Shown in pieces: positions 20,222-31,098 of a stretch of DNA of 64,000 bases; position 1 is the first letter of the stretch, and each line of letters starts with the position of its first letter. The stretch is from assembly GCA_963663965.2 (NCBI GenBank), contig CAXXFK010000031.1:96001-160000 (forward strand), written 5' to 3'. The notes beneath the pieces are model-generated. The model was given only the letters and a program-made list of their open reading frames with translations, made no database searches and had not been told where the DNA came from. This DNA comes from Sedimentisphaerales bacterium. GTDB taxonomy: Bacteria > Planctomycetota > Phycisphaerae > Sedimentisphaerales > SM23-30. Both the position numbers and the translations under genes were made by a program.

Positions 20222-21253
20222 TTACAAATTATTTTTTATAATATCATCTGTAGATCGACGTACGACAAGCTCTGGCTTCAATACTTTCTGGATTTTTTTT
20301 CCAGACCAATCATTTTTTGTTTTTATCAAATCGAGCAGAGATTTTACGCACTCTATCCCCATCTCCTGTTTGGGTTGAGCCACGGTTGTCAGGGTTGGAT
20401 TCATATAAGCCCCAAATTGCAGATCATCATGACCTGCAACCAGAACATCTTTCCCTACAACCAGTCCGCTTTCCTGCAAGGCAAAGATCACCCCCATAGC
20501 AATTCGGTCCGTTGCGCAAAATATCGCTTCAGGGGATTTTTGATCTTTAAGGAAGGCCACAATATTGTCATAACCAAATGCCTGATTATCTACTGTTTCC
20601 CGGCTATTATTTGTGGATATGATCATCGGTTTGAAACCGTGTTTTTTTAATGTGTCAACATAGCCCCCTTTTCGATTTTTTATCGCCAGATTCATATCTG
20701 GATGAACGCTGCCCAGATAGGCTGGGACCCGGCCTGTCGTCAGCAGATGCTCGGTTACCAGCCTGGCGCTGAGGTAATTATCATTGATCACATAGTGGCT
20801 GTCTTTGTTAAGATAACAGTCGAAATTGATAATGGGCAGTCTTTTTTCCAGTAGAGCCCAGTGTTCAAACTGACCTTGCCTGACAACAGGCGCTACGATC
20901 ATTCCGCACACCCTAAGTGACTCATAATTTCTGATTATTTTTGCCTCTTCCTCCAGATCGCCATGCGAACACTGACAGATTAATTGATATCCATTATGGT
21001 GTGCTTCCCTTTCTGCGGCATTGATGATTTCTCCAAAAAAAGAATCAAAATTCTGTGATATGATCATACCAATGGTATAACTTTCATTCCTGACCAGATT
21101 AGTCGCATACAGATTACGAGTATAATTCAACTTCTTACAGGCATTCATAACCTTTTTACGGGTAATATCCGACACATTCATGCCATTCAGCACCTTGGAC
21201 ACCGTATAACGGGAAACCCCCGCCACTTTAGCCACCTGGGTCATTGTCGCCAT
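20222..21253 (-). CDS. LacI-family transcriptional regulator
   Basis: TMTQVAKVAGVSRYTVSKVLN HTH; AIFCATD, PTLTTVAQP, LVVRRST. Confidence 0.95.
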   Translation of the reverse strand: MATMTQVAKVAGVSRYTVSKVLNGMNVSDITRKKVMNACKKLNYTRNLYATNLVRNESYTIGMIISQNFDSFFGEIINAAEREAHHNGYQLICQCSHGDLEEEAKIIRNYESLRVCGMIVAPVVRQGQFEHWALLEKRLPIINFDCYLNKDSHYVINDNYLSARLVTEHLLTTGRVPAYLGSVHPDMNLAIKNRKGGYVDTLKKHGFKPMIISTNNSRETVDNQAFGYDNIVAFLKDQKSPEAIFCATDRIAMGVIFALQESGLVVGKDVLVAGHDDLQFGAYMNPTLTTVAQPKQEMGIECVKSLLDLIKTKNDWSGKKIQKVLKPELVVRRSTDDIIKNNL

Positions 21254-21330
21254 CGTTATTTTTCTCCTGTAAGCTATACCTTTCCACTCATTCGATATAT
21301 TTTATGACCTCTAAAGCGAACGCTGAATGA

Positions 21331-23847
21331 TCACTTAAAATTTATCACAGTAAATGAATAGGCAGGAAAAGTATATATAAGATCACAGACGCCTTTATCG
21401 ACCAATAATTTACTTTCCTCACAGATAACAGATTTTGGGTGTTCTGCAGTGTTTCTCTGATTCAGATCGCCTTTTATCTGCAGCAATTGAGCATCCAACC
21501 CGTCTGGAGTATAATCCAACAGGGTAATCTCCGTTGTGATGTCCCATCGGTCCAGATTGACTACCCTTAATGACAACACCTTGCCATCGACACTTCGGCA
21601 AGCTGTGACATCCAACGAATTTTGATAACTATCAATAAAACTCTCTACACATAATGGTTGATAACTGCGGGATATCATCTGGGTAATATAATAGGATGGC
21701 TGTCCCCATACTCTGGATTGATTTAAAAACAGCAATCCCTGATCCCACCCATTATCATTGTGTCCATCCGGTTGAAGGCAATTGGCCGCACAGAGGATAG
21801 GCATCTCGTGAGTGTATCGCTGAATTTCATTGATGGCATGGGCGTGTCCCAATCCACGTCTCAACCGGTGATTATTCGCGTTTTCTTCGAAAACACAAAC
21901 CTTGAAATCGGCGCCCTCACCGATTCGCTTCAGTGCGTTGACATAACTCATCATCCCCCCGATTCCCTTATCAAGGCGATCCGGATCACGCGGTTCATCA
22001 TTCCAGATATGAACATCAAACCAGACCGGCTTGCCCTGCATTTGGGCAAAACGAAGTATTTCCTGTTGGGCAGTCAGGGTTCTGATTCTGGGCGCGCCAT
22101 CAAAATTATACGGATCTGAAATATAATCATTGTAAGCGAAGTCACCCACTATCGGGATAATATCTGGATCCTTTGACCAGATGGCAGCCGCCAACTGTTT
22201 AAAGCGATCAACATAATGGCTGTCCACAGTCTCTTCATTGCCGATCTGGATATACTTGATATGATACGGTTGCGGATGACCCGCTTCGATGCGTTTACGG
22301 CCCCAGATGGTTTCCGGTCCGCTGTGAATATAGTCTACAAAATCGGCCATATCTTCAGGTGTCTCTTCTATATTAAAATCCGGCACGCATTCAAAATCGG
22401 CCGCTTCACAAAAATCGATAAAATCAATGATCCCCCAGCCATTAGAAGAATAGGGATACCACCAGCCTTTATACGGCGGACGCAAATCACGTGGGCCCAC
22501 CATGTTTTTCCAGCGATACTCCGATGCGTTTGCCATACACCCACCATAACGTAACACGGTTAACTGTTGATCGATCAGGCCTTGTGCTACATCCAGACGT
22601 ACAGGAAGCCCCTTAAACCGACCCCATTCACCTGGTTGCAGGAAACAATAGCCAATCGCGACACTACCCGGTTCCGATAAAGCGATACTGAAACGGCCTT
22701 TGGTATCCTGACCAGATGAAATCATGGTAAATTCGAAACGTTGCCAGGCCGAATCCGAAACGGTTATCTTTGTTTCGCTATAGCGCGTCATTCCATCGCC
22801 CGATTCCAGACTTAATAACAGTGAAACCGGTTTTTCTGCGCGTGCCCAGAGAATACCCTCGTAATCTCGATCTTTTTCGAATGCCATACCACGGTGATTC
22901 AATCCGGAATTAGCGATTCCAATTTGGCCATTTCCGGATTTTAATATCAACCTCTGACTCTGCAAGCCACTGATAGGATTATTTTTTTCAATTACAAAAC
23001 TGCCGATAGTATTACCCCGTCGGAATCCAGTCCACATCTTGCTGACCTGCTCTTGTTCTGCTGAATCGACCTCATATTGAAATGGAATTTTGCGAGTACT
23101 GCTTAATGTCTGGATTTGCAAATTGCGGTACTTCGCCTCCCGTCCCCATGTCCGAAAGCCCACGGATCCTGCCGGCAAAGGATCTGGATCTGTGTAATTG
23201 ACATAAGATATGCCATTGACAGCAACTTGAATTCGGTCTCGATTTATATCTATCCGCAATGGTGTCCAAGTAGCAACCAGCAATGGACAATCAATCCGGC
23301 TGATCGGTTGCCAATTCTGCTGATGCTTGCCCAGGATAATTTGGTTTTTTTGAGGATCGAGTGATATTTCATATCCATCAAAATGGTCCGCGCCCGGTCC
23401 GGAACGGTTAACTGCCACAATCAATCCTGCGACCCCGCTGCTGCGATTATCAAAAAACAACTCTACCTCGACACACCCTTCGGAAATCTTCGTATCCTTT
23501 GCCAGCAGTTTTGGCCCCTGACCAACAGGCCCATTGAGAATACCTTCGTGAATAGTCCAGGGAAGCGTGCCGGTTGATAATTCATATCCCGGCCCCTCAT
23601 ACATGAATCCTTCAACAGGAATCGCGGGAGCCGGCTCTTCAAAACTCTCGCCAAAAATCATCTGGCTGTAAATACCCCCGTAGACCTCATGATTAACATC
23701 TTCCAGGCAGGCGCCAATAGTGAGACGACTTATCTTGTTAGTCACTTGATCCGCACGAATGAGGATTCGCCCTTTACTTGGTTCGCCTGCATTTACCATC
23801 ATTGACAATGTCAAAAAAGATAAGGTTAGTTTAAATAGATTCTTCAC
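21331..23847 (-). CDS. Alpha-L-arabinofuranosidase (GH51) with an inserted DUF1080/lectin-like domain
   Basis: LEDVNHEVYGG, LRYGG, YIQIGNEE, C-terminal TFPAYSFTV; signal peptide. Confidence 0.82.
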   Translation of the reverse strand: MKNLFKLTLSFLTLSMMVNAGEPSKGRILIRADQVTNKISRLTIGACLEDVNHEVYGGIYSQMIFGESFEEPAPAIPVEGFMYEGPGYELSTGTLPWTIHEGILNGPVGQGPKLLAKDTKISEGCVEVELFFDNRSSGVAGLIVAVNRSGPGADHFDGYEISLDPQKNQIILGKHQQNWQPISRIDCPLLVATWTPLRIDINRDRIQVAVNGISYVNYTDPDPLPAGSVGFRTWGREAKYRNLQIQTLSSTRKIPFQYEVDSAEQEQVSKMWTGFRRGNTIGSFVIEKNNPISGLQSQRLILKSGNGQIGIANSGLNHRGMAFEKDRDYEGILWARAEKPVSLLLSLESGDGMTRYSETKITVSDSAWQRFEFTMISSGQDTKGRFSIALSEPGSVAIGYCFLQPGEWGRFKGLPVRLDVAQGLIDQQLTVLRYGGCMANASEYRWKNMVGPRDLRPPYKGWWYPYSSNGWGIIDFIDFCEAADFECVPDFNIEETPEDMADFVDYIHSGPETIWGRKRIEAGHPQPYHIKYIQIGNEETVDSHYVDRFKQLAAAIWSKDPDIIPIVGDFAYNDYISDPYNFDGAPRIRTLTAQQEILRFAQMQGKPVWFDVHIWNDEPRDPDRLDKGIGGMMSYVNALKRIGEGADFKVCVFEENANNHRLRRGLGHAHAINEIQRYTHEMPILCAANCLQPDGHNDNGWDQGLLFLNQSRVWGQPSYYITQMISRSYQPLCVESFIDSYQNSLDVTACRSVDGKVLSLRVVNLDRWDITTEITLLDYTPDGLDAQLLQIKGDLNQRNTAEHPKSVICEESKLLVDKGVCDLIYTFPAYSFTVINFK

Positions 23848-23967
23848 CGATGATCTCCTGAAAAACGATTCTGGTTTAAATCAAGATGACAAAACGGATT
23901 TCCATAATATTTTATCGAACCAGGTCTTCAATTTACCTTGGAACATATTATAAGCAAACCAAATAAT

Positions 23968-23981
23968 TTGACACGTGTCAA
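23968..23981. promoter_or_regulatory. Probable LacI-family operator upstream of the GH51-lacI unit
   Basis: Perfect 14-bp palindrome TTGACACGTGTCAA with central CG, next to a minus-strand TATAAT at 23947-23952. Confidence 0.6.
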
Positions 23982-24202
23982 TTGTTTTCACAATTGTAGC
24001 CCTGATGGATACGTAACTAATGATAATATAATAAGATATCAACAGGAAATTGGATCGCCGAACAGAAAGACGAGTGATAACGAATTATTAATAAAAGGCT
24101 TATTAGCATTAAGTTTATAATTGCTATATGCATAAGTACCAGTTAGAATGAATATCATAAGTCACTATCTATACGCACAGGGATAGTGAAAATAACCGAC
24201 TC

Positions 24203-24552
24203 GGGGGCGACAGGTATCGACCGGATGAGTAGAGGTTTGAGTTGCGTGTCCAGGATGACAGTTGGCCTGGTAAATCATCTGTCACAAAATTTAAATGCCA
24301 ACAATCAGTTGCGCATGGCTGCCTAATTGAGCGGCCCGTCCGACCGGTGACGCCTGCTAACCGGCCCGGACGACGCTAGCAGGATGCCCCGTTCCGTATG
24401 CCTTACGCGGCGCGGGTAAGACTTAGTCAGGCTGGCCAAGGAAGTATCCTGTCTGTCGGAGACTTTCGCGGCGAGATCCAAACGACCGACTACACCCGTA
24501 GACGCTCAAGCCAAAACATCACGGGACGGGGGTTCGATTCCCCCCGCCTCCA
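24203..24552 (+). ncRNA. ssrA: tmRNA, tag peptide ANNQLRMAA* at 24297-24326
   Basis: 5' GGGGGCG pairs with 3' CGCCTCC-A with a G3-U wobble; T arm GGGGGTTCGATTCCCCC; tag ending in AA after an AT-rich resume context. Confidence 0.95.
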
Positions 24553-24725
24553 CTTTTTGATTCTATAAGTCTTTGTATATCAATCACTTATAAATTTTCA
24601 GGCTAAGGGAAATGCCCCCCAGCCTGGCTTTGGTTACAAAGTCTATAATTGTTTATATTAAAAACAGTTAAATGTATTTAAATAAATACTTTCAATGGCT
24701 TTAGCACATATTGGGTAAATTTTAT

Positions 24726-26050
24726 GGCTCATCCGGTTAATGAGTAGTTTTGGTTATGGATATGATGGATCCGGAGATAGAAGTATTCCTGATCGCGGTA
24801 GCCATGAGCCATTCGTTGCAGGAGGCCGATTTTACGGTTATTGACTTCGACTTTGCTGGTGCTGATGGGATGGTCATACCAATTGAGCAGGAAGGGTTTC
24901 CAGAGTTGCAGTTGTTTGGCGGCATCCAGCAGGATCCGAATCCCGCTGGTTTGCGCCTGGCTGATCCAGCGTTTAAGTTCCTGTTCAGCCAGCGGAGCCG
25001 TGATCGCATCAAAAAGGAGACGGAGCCGTTCTTTCATGTAATAGGCGGTGGCCAGCGGCTGGTTGAGTTGCAGAGCTTCCTGCAACCGGCGCCGTTCATC
25101 TTTGGCGCTATCGGCATGAGATTTAAGGTTCTCCGGTGCTTTGAGCAGCAGCCAGCGGCTGCCTTTGAGTACCGCTTTGCCCATGGTATCGGCCTCCCGG
25201 TATAAATCCCGGCGTAAACTGGTCAGTTTGTCGTTAAACCATTTGACCAGATGAAAATGGTCCAGCACCAGTTTGGCTTGCGGCAGTTCTTTCAGGACAC
25301 TGGTCATAAAACCACTGGCCATATCGGTAGCCACCGCGGCAATCACCGCCCGGCTGCGTCGGACACGCCCCCAGAATCCCACCAGGGCCTCTTGGCCTTT
25401 GCCCTGGCCGATATGCAAAATTTGACCGCTTTCCAGGTCGGTTACCAGCGTGATGTATTTGCTTTTCCTGCCCAGATACAATTCGTCAATCCCCAGATAA
25501 CGAACCTTTTTCAGGAAAATCTTTCGGTACCGTCGACCTAGCCAGGACTTATGAATCGATTTGATGGTATCCCAGCTTAAGCCGGTCCGTCGGGCCACCT
25601 CTTGCAGGGAAGCCGCCTGACATAAATCGATGACATACCGTTCCAACGCATGGGTGTAATGCTTCTTGGGGTCGGCAAAAGGCAGATGAGGCTGACGAAT
25701 GGCCCCGCACGTCTGACATTTCAATCGGGGAATCGTGACAAGCAACTCCATTTGACGCAAGCCGACGGGCACCATGGCAAACCTCCGGGCCTTGTGACCG
25801 AAGTAAATGAAATTACGGGAGTTACAACAAGGGCAACGCAGACTATCCGCCGGCAAGATGCCGTGAATCACGCTCTTGCCCGCAAAAATATTCTGTCTTT
25901 TGGTATTGAACACCTCGAACACCAAAAGTATGATACAACATACTTGTGGACATGACTTTAGCTCCTAATATGAGGTTTTATTTTTTTCCTCAAACAGTAA
26001 AGTCATGTCTCTCTTTTTGCAACATTAACTACTCATTTTTCGGATGAACC
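24726..26050 (-). mobile_element. Complete ISL3-family insertion sequence, 1325 bp
   Basis: 24-bp imperfect TIRs GGCTCATCCGGTTAATGAGTAGTT / GGTTCATCCGAAAAATGAGTAGTT; perfect 8-bp TSD AATTTTAT at 24718-24725 and 26051-26058. Confidence 0.93.
24729..25953 (-). CDS. ISL3 transposase; likely true start MSTSMLYHTFG at 25953, with a +1 frameshift in the run at 25884-25888
   Basis: Zn-finger CPCC..CQTC, LGIDE, ATDM, LDHFHLV, GSRWLLLK, HGYRD; AGGAG RBS before the ATG. Confidence 0.88.
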
Positions 26051-26194
26051 AATTTTATTTGTGATGCCGGTAGTGATTTTGATATAATCTCGAGATATGG
26101 TCTATGGATAATAGGCTTATATACGCGAGGTTTTTCTTTCATGATTTTATCATAAATTTTTAAGGGGAGACGAGCGTCTCATTTAGGTGCAATA

Positions 26195-26599
26195 ATGATT
26201 CGTTATTTTATCTTGGTGGCGTTTCTGAGTATATACATTGTTTCTATTGAAGCTGCTACATTCACATCCAACACCTTGATTGATTCAATGGATACAAGTT
26301 TTGCCGGCGAGGATATTGTTGTCAACGGTTGTACTGTGATTATTAACGGGCAACATACCTTTAATAGTGTTCAAATTAGAAACGGCAGTACGATTACGCA
26401 TACTCCAAAAACACCTGGTGGTTTAACGTTAACCGTTACCGGTGATCTAATCATTGATGCTGGCGGCAAGATTGATGTGACGGATTGTGGCTATGGTCCC
26501 AATGAGGGTCCGGGAGTGGGAGAATTGCTAGCCAGTGGCGCTTGTGGTGGCAGTGGCTATGGCGGCATGGGCGGTATCTGTTCGGATGCTGCTTTATAG
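26195..26599 (+). pseudogene. N-terminal stub of a large secreted/surface protein
   Basis: Signal peptide, beta-strand-rich region, Gly-rich GGSGYGGMGG, then an abrupt stop at a sequence junction. Confidence 0.5.
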
Positions 26600-26862
26600 A
26601 AGGAATGGCCCATGAATACACGCAAGTTTGAGGAATTGCCGGCTGATCTGGCGGCGGTCACGCTGGTCATCATCGTGTCTGCCGGGTTTTGAATCAAACG
26701 GTGAGATTTTGATAGTAATGACAAACTTCCTGTTAAAAATCGGCAATGCTTTGTCCTTGCAAGCGACACAGGTACTGAGGATGCGCATGACCACACTCGC
26801 TCTGCGTGCCGAAACTGCCTTTCCGCCACAAAACCGCTTGACGGACGGCTCGTTTGGTTCGA

Positions 26863-27258
26863 TTATTGCTCGGCTTCTGTCGGCAGTGGGCCGTTAATAT
26901 CTTTCTGCTTATACCGACCTTCGGCGATCATTTTATCTAAATAAGACTGGGCTATTTTATGACCTTGATCGGCCGCCTGCTGTAACCATTTCACGGCTTC
27001 GGTATCGTCTTGAGGCAGATCGTAACCCGATGCATACATGATCCCCAAGATTAATTGGGCCGCCATCATCCCCTGCTCAGCCGCTTTTCGATACCATTTA
27101 GCAGCCTCGATCTTATCTTGGATAACACCCTGCCCCTTGGCATACATCCACCCCAGATTATAATATGCCGAGACCTCGCCCCGTTCGGCGGCATTGAGGT
27201 ATTCCCGCAGTGTTTCACCATTATCTTGCAAGGCACCCTGATCGGTATCAAATCGCAC
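26863..27258 (-). CDS. SEL1-like repeat protein, degenerate N-terminus
   Basis: AYYNLGWMYAKGQGVIQD..AAKWYRKAAEQG and a second repeat. Confidence 0.8.
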   Translation of the reverse strand: MRFDTDQGALQDNGETLREYLNAAERGEVSAYYNLGWMYAKGQGVIQDKIEAAKWYRKAAEQGMMAAQLILGIMYASGYDLPQDDTEAVKWLQQAADQGHKIAQSYLDKMIAEGRYKQKDINGPLPTEAEQ

Positions 27259-27526
27259 CTCAAGATTATCCTGAATATTGGCGGTTCGCCGACTCGGATT
27301 TTGCGATTCTTCATGAATACCATCTAAACCACGCAGTGCCTCTCCAGCCGGATTTCGATCAGCATGCGGACAGGCTCTGCCATCCCCCTCCTCTTGGTTG
27401 AAGTTACAGATTGTAGGTTTGTCTTTTCGATTAACTCTTTTGAGAAAAATAACGCAACCACCAAAACGGTCACAACCAAAATCACCGCCACGATGCCAAT
27501 TTCAACCTGATATTGAGAGAGCATAA

Positions 27527-27711
27527 CATTCCCAAACGCCGTTTCAGTTCCTGAATCTCCTTTTTCAGCATTTCAATTTGTTGCTTCAAAAGCGGAATCT
27601 GGGCATTTTCCGCCTCAAGCTTTTTAATGTACGCGTCCTTGTCCATAAAATACTTATCGGACAGGGACGCATGACTTTATAAATTATGACCTATTTTGTG
27701 TGAACGCTTAC
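27527..27711 (-). mobile_element. IS66-family left-end remnant with the first 40 codons of its transposase
   Basis: GTAAGCGTTCAC terminus at 27711 (minus strand); ATG at 27646 reads MDKDAYIKKLEAENAQIPLLKQQIEMLKKEIQELKRRLGM (coiled coil), then breaks off. Confidence 0.6.
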
Positions 27712-28018
27712 GTTTTTTCAAGCTTCTAACATTCAATAATCCTGACTTAATCACAAACACTTCACTTCACATTGCCAGATCAGTCGAGTTGTCAGTTCAC
27801 CTTTTCGTCATCGAAATATAAACTCGCCAAGGGGTAAGTAAATAGTCCGACAAAGGAAGTCGTCAATTAACTTACGTTAAAATGCGGGTCTGTACTGATT
27901 TACATTGGCAGCGAATGCGGCTACCATCTTTAAGAGCGATATAATTTAAAATATAATTACTATTTGTGATAGTAATATCGCAATTAAAATAACAACTACC
28001 TGTTATGGAGATCACATT

Positions 28019-28552
28019 ATGACAGAGAAGACAAACACCATGGTGGCCGTATATAAAACACATCTCGAAGCCGAAGCTGGTATTAAAGAACTGCAAAAAT
28101 CAGGGTTCGTCATGAACAAGCTTTCGATTGTGGGCAAGGACTATCATTCTGACGAGCATGTCGTTGGATACTACACTACCGGTGATCGGATGGCCTTTTG
28201 GGGCAAGCAGGGCGCTTTTTGGGGAGGGATCTGGGGTTTGTTATTCGGATCGGCCTTCTTTATGATTCCCGGAATCGGGCCGATTTTGGTGGCAGGCCCG
28301 CTGGTGGCCTGGCTGGTGGGAGCGTTGGAAAGCGCTGTCGTGGTGGGAAGCCTCAGTATCCTGGGCGCCGGCCTGTACAGCATCGGCATCCCGAAAGACA
28401 GCGTACTGAAATATGAAAAGGCGGTCAAGGTGGGCAAATATGTGATTGTTGCTCATGGAACCGCCGATGAGGTGGCCCATGCCAAGGAAATCATTGATAA
28501 TACCGATGCGCTTGAATCCGATTTGCACCAGACCGAACCGGTAAAGGTTTAA
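28019..28552 (+). CDS. General stress / DUF1269-like membrane protein
   Basis: LSIVGKDYHSDEHVVGYY, Gly-rich hairpin IPGIGPILVAGPL, SIGIPKDSVLKYE. Confidence 0.7.
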   Translation: MTEKTNTMVAVYKTHLEAEAGIKELQKSGFVMNKLSIVGKDYHSDEHVVGYYTTGDRMAFWGKQGAFWGGIWGLLFGSAFFMIPGIGPILVAGPLVAWLVGALESAVVVGSLSILGAGLYSIGIPKDSVLKYEKAVKVGKYVIVAHGTADEVAHAKEIIDNTDALESDLHQTEPVKV

Positions 28553-28639
28553 CTCAGCGTTTCACCTGTAAAAGCTGTGGGTGGTGCATGAAGAGGCAGG
28601 CTATGCTAACGAGATATGACCTCTTGAAAAGTAAGGCTC

Positions 28640-29137
28640 ATGATTGATTCAGAGACAAGATTGACTATTACACCCAAATGTATCGGTGTCGCCGCCGATC
28701 ACGGCGGATTCGAGTTGAAGGAACACTTGGCCGGAAGATTGCGCATGGCCGGGTATGAAGTCGTCGATTTTGGCAATCGTCAACTTAAGGCTGACGATGA
28801 CGACCCGGATTATGTCGGCCTCCTTGCCCATGCAGTCGTCGGTGGAAAGGTGGAGCGGGGCATCGTCATTTGTGGCAGTGGGGTGGGCGCGTGTGTGGTC
28901 GCCAACAAAGTGGCGGGTGTCCGGGTGTGCCTGATCCATGACACATTTTCGGCTCATCAAGGGGTTGAAGACGACGACATGAACCTGCTCCGTCTGGGCG
29001 GCCTCGTGGTTGGCCATGCGTTCGCATGGGAGTTGGTTAATCCATTTCTTCGGGCTCAATTCAGTGGCGCCGAATGCCACCAACGCCGTTTGATGAAAAT
29101 TGTGGCACTGGAACGATTAAAACAGGCTCAATTATGA
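28640..29137 (+). CDS. rpiB: RpiB/LacAB sugar-phosphate isomerase
   Basis: [32 protein letters not shown] in place of the usual DYP. Confidence 0.88.
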   Translation: MIDSETRLTITPKCIGVAADHGGFELKEHLAGRLRMAGYEVVDFGNRQLKADDDDPDYVGLLAHAVVGGKVERGIVICGSGVGACVVANKVAGVRVCLIHDTFSAHQGVEDDDMNLLRLGGLVVGHAFAWELVNPFLRAQFSGAECHQRRLMKIVALERLKQAQL

Positions 29138-30253
29138 GAAACAATGCCTTGATGCAATTGGGTACGCTTGGCCAGTCTGTCTGGCTCGACTATATCCGGC
29201 GCGATCTGATCGCAAGTGGTGAGTTAAAGCGCTTAATCGATGAGGATGGACTGTGCGGGATGACCTCGAATCCCTCCATCTTCGAGAAGGCGATCGCAGA
29301 AAGCCAGATGTACGATCAGGACATCCGCGAGATGGCACTCCAAAAAAAACGATGTAAATACCATCTATGAAGCGCTCACTCAGCGCGATGTACAGAACGC
29401 TGCCGACGCATTCAGGATGATATACGAAAAGACGAATGGTAAGGATGGCTATGTCAGCCTGGAGGTCAACCCTCATCTGGCGCATGATGCCCCAGGCACA
29501 ATTGAGGAAGCCCGTCGATTATGGACGGCGCTGGACCGCCCCAATGTATTTATCAAAGTTCCGGCAACCGCTGAGGGTCTGGTTGCCATCCGGCAACTTA
29601 TTGGCGAAGGGATCAATATCAATGTGACATTGCTGTTTGGATTGCCGCGTTACCGGCAGGTGGTGGAGGCTTACCTTGCAGGACTCGAAGCGCGAGCCGC
29701 CCAAGGCAAGCCCGTACGCGCTGTCGCCTCGGTGGCCAGTTTCTTTTTAAGCCGGATCGACGCGCTGGTTGATCCGCTGGTGGAAAAATTACTTAAGTCC
29801 GGTGGCAAGGAAAGGGACTTTACAAAAAAAGTGCTTGGACAAGTGGCGATTTCAAGCGCAAAGGCCGCGTATCAAATCTATCAGGAACTATTTGGCGGCA
29901 GTCGGTTTAAGGCGCTGGCCGATAAGGGCGCTCGCCCGCAGCGGTTGCTCTGGGCCAGTACAAGCGCCAAGAATCCGGATTTCAGCGATATCAAATACAT
30001 TGAACCACTTATTGGCCCGGATACCGTCAATACAATTCCGCCGGAAACCTATGATGCCTATCGCGACCATGGCGATCCAAAGGCACGCCTGGAACAAGAG
30101 GTTGATCATGCCAATTGGGTTATGGCACAACTGCCAAAACTTGGGATCGACATCGACGAGGTGACCCGGCAGCTTGAAGATGAAGGCGTCAGTAAATTTG
30201 AAAAGCCATTTGATATGCTGATGGAGGCCCTGGCAAAAAAGTCATCAGCCTGA
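29134..30253 (+). pseudogene. tal: Transaldolase with a +1 frameshift in the A8 run at 29342-29349 (real or sequencing error)
   Basis: [44 protein letters not shown] spread over two frames. Confidence 0.88.
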
Positions 30254-30302
30254 TTAAGGAACCATGACTTCTGTCCGGTTATAATCCAGTGACGATTCAA
30301 AA

Positions 30303-30962
30303 TTGAGCGAGTATCTAATTTTAATGGACACATGGATGATTAAAAAAATAAGTAAACTATTCCTTCAGGGCCTGATAGCCATTTTACCAGTGGCTTTGAC
30401 AATATACGCTCTTTACTGGCTGGCTGTTTCAGCGGAATCTATTTTAGGAAAAGCGATAAGGCTTATTATACCTGAAAAATTCTATCTGCCTGGAATGGGC
30501 ATTTTAGCCGGTATATTTGTAATACTTTCAATAGGTATTCTCCTGAAATTATGGCTTTTTAGAAAAATATTTCAATGGGGCGAAAAGATCATTAAAAAAT
30601 TGCCCTTGATAAAATTCTTTTATAGCTCTATCCGGGATTTAACCGACTTTTTTGATTCATCTGAAAACAAAGATTTCAACAAAGTCGTAATGATTACATT
30701 AGTCGAAGATGATATTAAAATCATGGGGCTTGTTACTCGTGAAGATTTTAAGGGTTTGCCTGAAGAAATTTACAAAGACGACAAGGTAGCTGTCTATTTG
30801 CCGTGGAGTTATCAGGTGGGCGGTTTTACCGTTATGGTTTCAAAATCGAAGCTTGAACCAATAGAATTAAGCGTTGACCAGGCACTGAGATTTATGTTAA
30901 CAGCCGGCGTTTCCACTGAAAATGAAAAAACCCAATACCCCACGCCAAAAGAAGGATGTTGA
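30303..30962 (+). CDS. DUF502 membrane protein (start may be 30332)
   Basis: FLQGLIAILP, KLPLIKFFYSSI, VYLPWSYQVGG; more AT-rich than its neighbours. Confidence 0.8.
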   Translation: MSEYLILMDTWMIKKISKLFLQGLIAILPVALTIYALYWLAVSAESILGKAIRLIIPEKFYLPGMGILAGIFVILSIGILLKLWLFRKIFQWGEKIIKKLPLIKFFYSSIRDLTDFFDSSENKDFNKVVMITLVEDDIKIMGLVTREDFKGLPEEIYKDDKVAVYLPWSYQVGGFTVMVSKSKLEPIELSVDQALRFMLTAGVSTENEKTQYPTPKEGC

Positions 30963-31098
30963 CGGTTATACCATTTACAATTGAATTTTCCCGATTAGCC
31001 GTGAGATAAATATTTGACGAGTAATAGGTTAACTTCGAGCGATCAGGAATTTTCTTACCCATTGGGTATAACAATATAATTTAAAGAGGTAGTCTATC

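Noticed and set aside
9139..24202. Island integrated at tRNA-Arg
   Set aside because: No second copy of the tRNA 3' end, no integrase and no IS; the genes are intact
24599..24626. Intrinsic terminator after tmRNA (CAGGCT...AGCCTG)
   Set aside because: The stem is imperfect and the U tract is weak, so support is insufficient
29342..29349. Programmed frameshift or phase variation in tal and the ABC1 kinase
   Set aside because: Similar indels occur in many neighbouring genes, so error or decay is the simpler explanation
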